Source: Piedraia hortae CBS 480.64
Taxonomy: Eukaryota
DNA: 64,000 nucleotides
Assembly (NCBI GenBank): GCA_010093745.1
Contig: MU005965.1
Coordinates: forward strand, 124,001-188,000
Direction: 5' to 3'
A program made the translations under genes and the position numbers. Position 1 is the stretch's first letter; every line of letters begins with the position of its first letter. Below, piece by piece: positions 23,760-34,072 of this stretch. The notes under the pieces are model-generated. The model did not search any database. It was not told the DNA's origin and worked only from the letters and a program-made list of their open reading frames with translations.

Positions 23760-24495
23760 TTATGTGCAGGAAGCGGGAAGTACTTTCGTTCGGCGAACAT
23801 TCACATCGACGCGCTGGGTGCGCTCTACCAACTTCATAATAGCCTCAACCGTCCCATGACCGTGGTGAAGCTCCGAGCAGAAACGACGAGAAACACCCGG
23901 CGCGATCAACCTGCTTCTCTTAAAGTCGGTTATGTTCTCCAGCAGGTTTAAATGTGTTCGCAGCAACCTAGCCTTCAGTTCGAAGCCTAAGTCAAGTGCA
24001 GAAGCCGCGATGATGAGGGTAATCGGATACAAGCCAGGGGGCTTTCCCCTCATACAGGAGCTAAGCAGAATCGTTTCTGTAGAGGACCTGCCAGGCTATC
24101 CTCAACACCGAAATGTACGAGGAGCGGCATCCTCGTTCAATATTGCTTGTTTCCATCTTGCTCAGGACACTTCTCCCATAGGCTCCAGAAACTTTTATAT
24201 TGAATGATGGAGGTATTGGAGGCGATGACAACAAACGTCATGTTAGATGCAGCTATCGTTCAGGATTTTTGATAGAAGCCGTTGTGCCGTCTCAAATTTC
24301 AGCAATGGCAGTGGAAAGGTGTGGGGACGCGGACTTCATGGTTACGTCAGTCATGCCCTTGTTCGCAGCTGTCGGTATATGTTCGATTCGGATAGGTTTG
24401 AACCACTTGTCTATACGATTGTAGTCAACCCATCTCCGCGTGCTCTTATTGTCCGACCATCTGCCGTTCTTTTCAAGCATTGAAATTGTACTCAT
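23760..24495 (-). mobile_element. Ty3/gypsy pol relic (RNase H end, then integrase H2C2)
   Basis: RRWVD...IRIEHIPTAANKGMTDV resembles the gypsy RNase H end (RW...I.HIPG..N..AD). RLIAPGVSRRFCSELHHGHGTVEAIMKLVER resembles the integrase zinc-binding HH half. The RNaseH-to-IN order is gypsy-type. Confidence 0.5.
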
Positions 24496-24894
24496 GCTTT
24501 GCTCTGTTCATTGCTCAGGGGAACAAACAAACGGTATGTGTTTGTCGTTTTGAAGCTTGTCGATGCAATGTGGTGATGGTGCAAACTTCACGTGACATAT
24601 TCCACGAGGGATTGCAGCTTTGGAGCATGAAAACCTTCGAAAAGTACGTATCCTGGGATATCAGTACATCAAAACATCCACAGTCTATACTTTATCTCTC
24701 TTAAAGCACACATCCTTCGACCCATAGTACACAAAAAAAAATCACACAATATCCAAAAGCCCAATCAAGTTCCATAAAACGCATTACAAACTGCCCAGAT
24801 TCTCAATCAAGTTACACGTCCCTCAAGAGGTATACCTTCTAACGCTGATTACATGTCGTTAACCCGGGCCCATCTGCACACCCCCACCCCAAAT

Positions 24895-27392
24895 CTAGGT
24901 ATCATCCCCCTCCAACCTTCTCTTCACAACCCCCCTCAACTCGTCATTACAAAACCCCACCATCTCAAGCAATACATCCCTCCACTCCTCTCTCCCCTCC
25001 AAATCCAGAAAATAATTAAACCCCCTAGCAACGAACCACTCCCTCTCCACTTCCGGCCAAGCTTCTATTTTCCCCACCGCGAAGCGAAGCACCTCCAACA
25101 AAACATCCTCGTGTCCTGAATGCGACGTTAAAGCGTCAAAAACCCGCCTCAGCGGAGCAGCGGATTGCGCGGGTGGGAGGAGGGTACAGCACTTTTTTAA
25201 CACCTCAATGAGGAGGGTGGGGTTGATATAGGGAAGGGAGGGGAGGAGGTTAGCAAGGTGGATGTATACGCCCTCCTTCTTCTCGATATATGGCAGGTCC
25301 ATGATCTCGTTCAGGAGGTTTTGTACGATATCCCTTTCAGAGGTGAAATGAAGAAGACACTCTACTTTTGCGACGAGATATTCGAGCTGGTTCTCCGCGG
25401 GGGGTTCAGAGGATAGATATTCCCGCGCCTTGGCGAAGAATCCTTCGCCGCCTGTTTGGCGGGCGAGGGTGAGATTTGCTGTCGCGGCGAGGAGGGAGAG
25501 GGTTTCTTTCCGGGTTTGAAGTTCTTCGTCAGTGCAAAGGTTGAAGAACTTGTTGATTGAGTTAATGAGGCGTAAGAGGGTCGTAGGTTCTATGTTTGAG
25601 TGGGTTTTGGCGAGAAGGTTCCAGCTTTGTTTTGTCCACCAGAGGGCTTCGTGCCGTGGTATTTCGCTCGCTGCGCGCTCGAAGAGGGAAATTAGACGGT
25701 CGGTTTGACCATCGGATAAGAGGAGACGGACGATGCAGCGTAGTAGGACGGGGGTGTTGATTTTTTTGTCTTTGCTCTCGAGGAGTTGAGTTAGGGATGC
25801 GATTGCGATCTTTCCACTCCCCTGCCTTTGGGCGTGGATGACAGCTGAGTAGAGATGCTCCACGGCCATGTGTTGGAGGCTGTGTGTTGCATGGTCTTCG
25901 TTACCAGATGCGATGGCTAGCCTGAAGGCTAGGTAGTGCGTCAATGCATCGTTTTGGGCCGAAGGTGGGAGGCGTAGGTACGCTTCGCGGCAGGAAGAGA
26001 TATCTTCGCGTTGGAGGTAAATAGTCATGGCTTTGCGTAAGACCTTTGACTGATTTGCTTCGCAGCTGTTGGAGAAGATGAAGGGATGTTGCAGGACCGA
26101 GAGCCATTTTTCGGCGTTCTTCCATAAGATGGTTTGCGCAGAGTGCGATGCCTGTTGAGACAGTGCACCGCTTGCGTTGTACACAGCCGTGAATAAATTT
26201 CCCAGGGACTGGGTTGGGTTTTGAAAGGTAGCAAACAGGATGAAGGTCACAACAGCCGCTTCCATCCATCCACGACTGGGAAGATCAGGCAAAAGGCGTG
26301 AAAAGATAAATTGCCGAAGCCCTTCCAGTGCCAAGTCGATTGAGATCTGTCGTACTTTATGAATTGCTCGCAAGATGCTAGACAAATCAGCTGAGCCATT
26401 CGCCAAGAACGCCTACCTGTTAAATGTCCCTTCTGTCAGCACCCCAAGCTTTAGCATCTTTATCATAGTCTCGTGCACCTGGGTTTGATCAACAGGCTCA
26501 ATCGCAGAAATGGTTCTCAAACGAAGCATTGCAACAGCAATTCGATTGTCCATTCCGCGATTCTCCAAGATTTCAACCAGTTCCATGGCCTGTATGCCTT
26601 TACCTGCAACTAACATGACATCAACGGCAGCGGTGGTAACAACAAGACGCCACTCAAGCAAGCTTGCATGCGTTGAATCATTGCACAAGTCTAGAGTATC
26701 AAGTGCCCTTTTAAGCCACTTCATTGCAGCGTCTCCGGGAATAAGCTCCTTGGCAATTTTATAACACAAGTCGACAGCCTGCTCAGTCAAAATCGGCGAG
26801 ACTACCAGGGCATGCTCTTGAACTTTGTAGTATAGATCATCCACCTGGTCAAGACGATTGGACTTCCATGCATGCATCATCCTAAGCAGGTAGAACTCGG
26901 CTTCCATCTGTTCGTCATCGTTGATGTGCTCAGAGCATCGCTTCAGGACTTTCAATCCAAGATCGACTTCATCGTTATCTAGACAGAATCGACCAGTCTT
27001 CAAGCCAGTCTTTAAAACCCGGAAATCGCGTTTTGAACGTGTAGCGAGGACTTGATATGCTGTGTCGAGGAGATAAAATGCCAAGACCCTGAGTGGAACA
27101 GCAGAATGCGGGGGTATTTCCCCCTTGCGTAAAACTTGAGTTATTGTGTTCCACAACTGACAGCCTGCGATGTCAATTTGGTTTGCTTGGGAGATTAACG
27201 ATGGGATTGGAAGGGTGCGGTTGATCGCAGCGTTGACTGCGGCTGACAAGTCTGGAGGTATGGTGATGCCTCTGTTGAGCAGCTCGTGAACTTTGTTTGC
27301 GCATGCTGTGGCAGTGTTAACGCAGTCAATGTGATATCGGAAATCATACCCAGCACCAGTTTCAGGTTGATATCGTTTGGTTGGGACGACAT
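24895..27392 (-). CDS. SPO22: meiosis protein SPO22/ZIP4 (TPR-like); introns 27306-27349 and 26378-26416
   Basis: IDIAGCQLWN, LRVLAFYLLD, LKTGRFCLD, MHAWKSNRLD, HSAQTILWK. Two GT-AG introns (44 and 39 nt) join MSSQPNDINL... into one uninterrupted frame. Confidence 0.85.
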
Positions 27393-27799
27393 TGTAGCTG
27401 CGCGTGACGTGGAGTGTGGTGAGGGGCATATATGCAATGTGATCGCTCTGCAACGTATCTAACGCTAATATCGTGGATCACTTCCCGAAAACAGCATGAG
27501 AGAGCCTTGTGGCATGCTGGTAGCCAGCTGCCTCTTTGACTGTGTATTTTCAAATATGAAGTCCCATCAATCATATAAAAGCGTCGATACAAGCGGTTGT
27601 CTAACTTCCTAGTGACGACAAAAAGTCGAATATTGATGATGACGATAACACCCAAGCAGATAAGCACTTGTATGCCCTATAGTCACAAACGAGTACACAG
27701 AGTTTCTCCCTGGCATCAGCCAAAGACTTAACGCGTTTAAAATCCTACTACTGTTTATCAGTCCCAGACATCAGATTCCGTGGATACTCTCATTCTTCG

Positions 27800-29140
27800 T
27801 CGCTATCAAGAACGACCGCCCGTCACCGTCGAGGTTGAGCTCATACATGACCTTCCCCATTCTCATCTCTGGGAAGAGTAGCGCCGTTTTGCTTCTGTCG
27901 ATGCGAAATCGGCAGGACTCGTTTCACTTCCTTACGCGGACACCACGAGGGGTCGACGGGCACCGAAGCCAAGGAATCTGTGCCACGCAATGTTTTGTTT
28001 CCGAATCACGGCAACACTGTTCTCCACACGGACGCGATTTCTTCGCAGTCCAGCTGCAAGAATACCGCCTGCGGAAAACTGCTGGAAGTCGGTGGGCGGT
28101 GTGGGCGCGGCTTTCCCCTTCTTGAAGCTCGTAGCCCAAAGGTATTTTTTGGACATGAAGATTGCAAGGCCCCCAAGCACCTCGGCGTCCATTGGCATGT
28201 TAAGGAACTGACGAGTCTCTGCCGTTACGACTTCGTTCAGGCGATCAACACCCCAGTCGTTGTCGTCAAGCGATATGCTCCGCAGTAAAAAATCTCCATA
28301 ATCCACTTGCTGGTTGAGAACATCATGGTGTGGCGGAGAAAGGGTACCACAAGTGTGATATATGCTATCACAAGCCGCCCAACCTCTGTGGGCAAATATC
28401 GATGCAGCAGCATTGTGCGACTACCGCAGTCATATTCATGCTCCGATCGAGACACGAAACAAACGAGGCCGAAGAGCTCCAGGAGGTGTTTCAGGAAGGG
28501 TAGCGATAAAAGACGGAACTTGTTCCCCGGCTTCCACTTTTCCCCTCGTCGTGCGCTTCGTACCAGAACTGCCTTGCCAGTTCCAGCTTCTCAGTAACGC
28601 AGGCGAGCAACCATATACTGGGCTTTGGGAATTTGCCGTCGTTGGCGGGGTGCTTCACGAAGCTTCACCCTTCGCTTTGATTCACGAGGTCATATTCGAA
28701 GCGAGCAGGGTAGAGTCGGAGCAGGGGCGCACGGAGTTGGGAGTCTGTCTCCAGGAACAAGAGGGATTTGAGGGCCTCCTCCGCGGCGTTAAGCTCAAAA
28801 CGAACCAGCGTTCTAAGCTTGTTCATTGTCATCTTGTGCCCCTGGTAGATGAGGTCCCTGTCGTCTGTCCACTCAGCCTGCCCACGGCGAGTAAAGATAT
28901 ATTGTGCTTCCTTGGTGGCTTGCCGCATCTGCGAGCAACAGAAAAAAGGTTTTTTGTCAGGCTCGAGCAGCCAACGTCGCATTATCTTGGAGCATTTTCA
29001 GGAGATTGTTTAGCAGGAAGCCACTTCTCAAAGCAGCAGGTGGAAGGCATATAGTCGAGCCTGAAGATAGTACGTCGATCTGGTACGGAGAATTTCGAGG
29101 ACCCGATGCATCCAGATGTTTAGGAGTGCGCGAAAGCTAA
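27800..29140 (-). mobile_element. relic of a telomere-linked RecQ helicase (TLH)/DUF3505-type element, middle region
   Basis: Fragments GQAEWTDD..LIYQGHKMTMNKLRTLV, FLKHLLEL, LHRYLPTEVGRLVIAYITLVVPF, WGVDRLNEVV..ET, AIFMSKKYL and WHRFLGF match the conserved block order I recall for these proteins; multiple stops and frameshifts. Confidence 0.7.
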
Positions 29141-29384
29141 ATTGGGGGTGCTGATTGTTCATTACTAATATGAAGCCGTTGCGTTCAGTGTTCACTGTAG
29201 CGAAATAGTAAAATCTCCCCAAGACCCAGGACGGGGCCGCGACAACAGTTGAAGACTTCGATGTTCCGTACCCTGGTGACGTCGTCCAAGGCGAGCTGGC
29301 GCTGAAGTAAAATCTTTCCCTACCCCGCATGCTCCTCAACCAAAACTCAAAGACCGTACAAGCGGCGAAAAAAGATTATCCTCC

Positions 29385-29467
29385 CTCCCCATCAGGGAAT
29401 CGAACCCTGGTCTCCCGCGCTTGACGTGTATGACAAGCGGAAATCATAACCACTAGACCAATGAGGA
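29385..29467 (-). tRNA. tRNA-Asp(GTC) with 11-nt intron (29420-29430)
   Basis: Cloverleaf: acceptor TCCTCAT/ATGGGGA, anticodon arm TCCGC-TTGTCAC-GCGGG after intron removal, T-arm CAGGG-TTCGATT-CCCTG, T6 Pol III terminator just downstream. Confidence 0.97.
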
Positions 29468-29544
29468 CATTTATCTCATATATATAGGAATTGCTGAATA
29501 TAAGTGATATATTGTGTATGCTCGACACCTGCTGACCTGTTCAT

Positions 29545-29840
29545 TAGGCGTACGATCCATCCATTCATAAGCCAATTCAACGATCCTCAAAGAACCATTA
29601 GCCGATACATCCAGCATCAGAACGTATTAGGCCGACAACCCATCACGTCTCAAGAGCACCAGCTAATCAACCCACCCATCGTATTCAACGACCATCCCAT
29701 CCTATCAGACATACAACCAAGCCATCAGCAAAGAGCCATCGGGCAGACGGCCCATCGTTCTCAAAGAGCTATCAGCTGATCCACCCATCTATCCTCGAAG
29801 AGCCACCAGATAGTTAATCCACCCGACCCATCGACCATTT
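29545..29840 (+). repeat. degenerate ~30-40 bp tandem-like repeats (consensus CCCATC..TCTCAAAGAGCYATCAGCTRATCCA)
   Basis: About five imperfect copies, e.g. cccatcacgtctcaagagcaccagctaatcaacc, cccatcgttctcaaagagctatcagctgatccac, cccatctatcctcgaagagccaccagatagttaatccac. Confidence 0.6.
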
Positions 29841-29895
29841 TCCATCCTTTCTACATTCCTCCAAGTCCACCACCAACCCAACCCAAACCCACCCC

Positions 29896-30717
29896 ATGCC
29901 CCCCCCCATAGTAATCGCTCATATCCCCTTCCAATCATCCACTCTAGTAATAAGACAACATCTCCCCACCGACGCGACAGCGTTATCCCGCCTCGGCTCC
30001 AACCCCTCGGTATGGAAAAAACTCCGCAATCGCATGCCTCATCCATATACACCCTCTGATGCCGCAGCGTGGATTTGCCAATGTAACAACCCCGAAAACT
30101 GGGTTAGTGTGAAAGGACCTTTGGGACCTTGCCCAACGGGGAATGGAGGACCATCATCTCTGACGCGGGATGAAGGGTTCGCGATTGAGGGTGAGGGGAA
30201 TCCTTCCCTTACGAGTTCGACTGGCGAGGAAAGCTCTCCTTCCACGAACAAAGACGATAAACATCCATCTCCACCAACCAGCAGGTGCCAAGATGGGAAA
30301 GATCTTTTCCCCCAGTTTTTCGTCATAGCTCTCGATGACACGGTCATCGGCTCCTGTTCCCTCCAATTCGGAAGCGACGTCTACCTCCGCTCCGCGGAAC
30401 TGGGGTACTGGCTTGGCGAGAAGTTTTGGGGACGTGGGATCGCGAGTAGAGTGGCTGGCGCGATGGTTGAGTGGGCTTGGGGGACGTTTGGGTGGTTATT
30501 TAGGATTGAGGCTGTTACAGTTAGGGAGAATTTGAAAAGCGCGAGGGTGTTGGAGAAGGCTGGGTTTAGGAGGGAGGGGGAAAGATGTTATGCTGTGTGG
30601 AAGGGGGGAAGGTTCTGGGATGAGATTACTTGGTTTGTTTTGAGGCCTAGGTTGGAGATGACTGGGGAAATGGTTGTTTTTGGTGGTGGTGGCGGTGGTG
30701 GCGATGATAACAGGTAG
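29896..30717 (+). CDS. GNAT N-acetyltransferase, RimJ/RimL-like
   Basis: MPHPYTPSDAAAWI, DVYLRSAELGYWLGEKFWGRGIAS, NLKSARVLEKAGFRREG. Confidence 0.92.
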   Translation: MPPPIVIAHIPFQSSTLVIRQHLPTDATALSRLGSNPSVWKKLRNRMPHPYTPSDAAAWICQCNNPENWVSVKGPLGPCPTGNGGPSSLTRDEGFAIEGEGNPSLTSSTGEESSPSTNKDDKHPSPPTSRCQDGKDLFPQFFVIALDDTVIGSCSLQFGSDVYLRSAELGYWLGEKFWGRGIASRVAGAMVEWAWGTFGWLFRIEAVTVRENLKSARVLEKAGFRREGERCYAVWKGGRFWDEITWFVLRPRLEMTGEMVVFGGGGGGGDDNR

Positions 30718-30904
30718 GGGCATGTAATCGAGCCCAGAGTGATGCGTAGGACATGATGATGATGACAACGACGATGACGACGACGAATATCATGATGCCG
30801 ACAATGACAGGAATGACAATGGCAAAGATAAGACAGGCCGAATTCCAAATCGTATATACCTGCAGCCCTGCCAAAATGTGAAAAAGACAATAATGATTCC
30901 AAGA

Positions 30905-33366
30905 CTATCGCCCCAGTAGAGACTGTACACTGGCCAGTTTCTTCCTAATTGCGTCTCTGTCGGCTTGAACCTGTTCACTGTCAGCATCCTAGCATTATTT
31001 GAATGTAAATGTCTCACCTGAGCATGTTGCATCTTCGTATTGACAAGCTCCGTCTCCATTTCTTCGGCCTCCTCCTTGAGATTACGATTCTCATTCTGAA
31101 CTTCGATATTCCGCTTCATGATCCGGTCCATTTCGTTGCGAAGCTTCTCTTCCACCTCCTCCGGTTGTGCATCAACCACCTTTTGCAGTTCAACTACCTT
31201 GACCTTGAGCTCTTCGTTTTCATCCATTAAGCGGTCGTTTTCGACTTTATATTTAACTAGATCTCCAGCCAGGATGACGTGTTCCTTGTCCTGTTCCTGG
31301 CACCGCTCCTCCAGAGACTTGACGCGGGCAGAGAGGGAGATGTTTGTGGTTCGCAAAGTTTCGAGTTCTTCTGCGTGCATGCGTTCAGTGCGTTGCTGTT
31401 CCTCCCACGCTGACGCATACGCTGTAAGAGACTTCTCAGGGATGAAAACGTTGCAGGCATCGCGAACCATTTCGTCAGCGCGGTAGAGGACCCTATCCGC
31501 TCCACCCGTCACTGAGCCGAAGAAGCCCGCGTCAAGAAGCGAACTGGCAGTGGGAGACTTGTCAATGTAGACGTCAAAGATCTTCTCCTTCAGAAAGGTA
31601 GTCAGTTGGGACATATCCTTCATGTCAAGAAGGGCAGCACGGTTGCGTTGAAGTAGGACAATGCCAAACTTCAAGATTGCCGTCAGGCCTTCGCTGAAAA
31701 CTAGATCGTAAACACGCAAGACAAGCTGCAGAGGGAAGCGGTAGGCGAAAAGGGTCAGAAACCATTGGGTGGCATACAGTTCTGGACCGACTTGGCGCCG
31801 CCGGAGATGGCAGCAAAGGGCTGGATCAGTATCCTCCAGCAGCCGCTCAAATTGGTACAGTCTGAGGTGGAGACCCGACATGTCTGGCAGGAACATGCTA
31901 CGAAGGCCATACTTGTTCATGAGCCTCACCAGCAGAGTAAATGCGTCTTCCTCGGCCAGATTGAACAGCAAGGGCATGGATATGAAGTTGATGCCCTGGG
32001 CATAGCCGACGCCTTCATCATACAATGCATACGCCTTGCAGATTCCAAACAGGCCTTCTTGCAGCTCTGCCGACTGTGTGTATTTGCTGTATGAAGTGCG
32101 AGCGCCGAGATCACGTCTGATGGCCTTTTCGAGCTTGGCTAGAGCAGCGGCATCATGCTTGGCCTTTTCAGATTTTTGCGTCTCCAAATGCGGCGCCTCA
32201 AACTGAGCAGACGGACTGGAGTTGGCGCTACCCGACGTTTCTTCCTCGGTGTCTGGTCCCCGGGCTTTGAGCTGTCTATATGTGCTCTCCAAGTCTTCAT
32301 TCTTGCTCTCGGCAAGCACCTGCCAGACCACACCGCGGATGGCAGGCGGAATGCCCGACGCAATGGCCGCCCGCATCTCCGCTCCGCTGGATTTCTGCAC
32401 CGCCGACGGGCCCTCGTAGACCAATGCCTGCCATAGATCCCAGTTCACAGGCTTCTGCTCCTCCGATGGTCCAGCCGTTAGCCCCGACGCTGTGCCTGGG
32501 GGCAATGTGGGGTTCAGCGGGGGTGATTTGACAGCGCTGAATGTCGTCGACCGTTCAAGACGTGGTCTCGGGATGTCGGTCGGCCTTGAAGTGCCGCGAA
32601 GGTCGCTGTGCCGCCTCCCCCCTTTCCGCTCGGCTTTCGGTGTGGCTTCAGCTTCGGGTCGGGCAAACTCGCCCTGGCTGCGAAGGTACTGGAATTGGTC
32701 CTGTAGACTGACCTTTTCAGTGGCAAGCTGGTCGCTGCTGGGCTTCGGCTCTGGTCTCGGGGCCGAAGGCGATCGAGCCTTGCGGATGCTATTCATTCGG
32801 CCGAGGAATCCGGCGATGCCAATCATGCTACTAACCTTCTTGCCCGGACGCTCGGTCTGTGGACCATCGTTGGTGGGTTCGCGCTGCATTTGCCCCGTTG
32901 GCGAATGCTCCCGCGTGCGCGCCTTGGTGGGTGAATGGGCGTGTTTCCGGGGAGAGAAGTCGTGTGTGGCCATGGCCGGCACGTTGTCGGCCGCCTCTTC
33001 CATTGAGATGGTCGTCTTCTGCGGCGAAAGCGTCTGCGCTTCCAGGTCAATGACATCCTTCATGGGCGAAAAGGCCAGATGGGGTGACACAACCGTCTCT
33101 GATCCGGCCGACAAGCTGTGCTGGTGGAGCGAAGCGGTGGCTCTCTGCGGCGTCAGGGCGTCGGCAGGCTCGTCCATGACTTGCTTGGGCGACGACGGAC
33201 TCTGCAGCAGATCAGGCACGTCCAGTTCCGCCTCGCTCCTGCCCGAAGCGTCCTCGGCCGCTGACACGGTCGAATCGGCGGCGTCTTCAAACGCGTCCGA
33301 CTCGGTCTCGGACGCGCGCTCTCTGTCGTCGGCCATTGCCGCTTCCGTCTCTGGATGTCCCATCAT
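30905..33366 (-). CDS. GYP5: Rab GTPase-activating TBC protein; intron 30971-31017
   Basis: GIPPAIRGVVWQ, IRRDLGAR, GYAQGINF, YATQWFLTLFAYRFPL, C-terminal coiled coil; a 47-nt intron gives the end ...VQSLLGR*. Confidence 0.9.
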
Positions 33367-34072
33367 GTCAGCGTTCGGCTGAGGATGCGCCGTCGTGGTC
33401 AGCGTGCAGCATTAGTCACAGGCAGCTCTTGGGTCCGCCATCGGAAATGTCACTTTGTGCTGCACAATGGAGCTTCCCCATCCTCGCTCGGGCTTGGACC
33501 AACGCTACGGCTGATCTATCTATATCCACCATCGTCTATTCTAACCTGCACAGATTAAGTTGAATAGCCTTACTGCAAGCTCATGCACCGTGCGACGGTT
33601 TCCTATTTCACTGTTTCACATTCCCACCTACGCACTTGGCCGTCCATTGAGCCAATCAAAGGGGGCGTCATGAGCACGGCGTCTATCCGTCATGGAGGAG
33701 AGAGACGGCCTATAGTCAATTACAACAACTTATCTAAAATGCATCAGCAGATCGTATCTTGTTAGATCAAGCTGTGAGAGCCTCAGCTGTAACTGTCATC
33801 AAATAACGAATGCGCATTGTCCTGGGACCTCTTTGTCCGCCACCTTTGTGACCTTGCGACAGACCTCACCTTTAAGCTTCCACGTGCCACACACAACATG
33901 CTCCCCATCTAGAGCCTCATTGCAGTGTACATAGGTAGGTAGCCGATGCTCGTCTCCATCGATGTCATCCCCACCTGTTCGCATTGCCCCACTTGACACA
34001 CTCCCCCGCGCGGAATCGTTCCGCCAATTTTTTTCCTCCATAAGATCCCACCAACTTTAGAACAGAACAGCC

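Noticed and set aside
29545..29840. CRISPR-like array
   Set aside because: Units are imperfect, spacing is irregular, the context is eukaryotic and there are no cas genes.
32492..33382. 296-aa + strand ORF
   Set aside because: Antisense shadow of the GC-rich GYP5 N-terminus; no motifs. The same applies to 3282-4124, 6261-6980 and the ORFs opposite RRP12 and RFC1.
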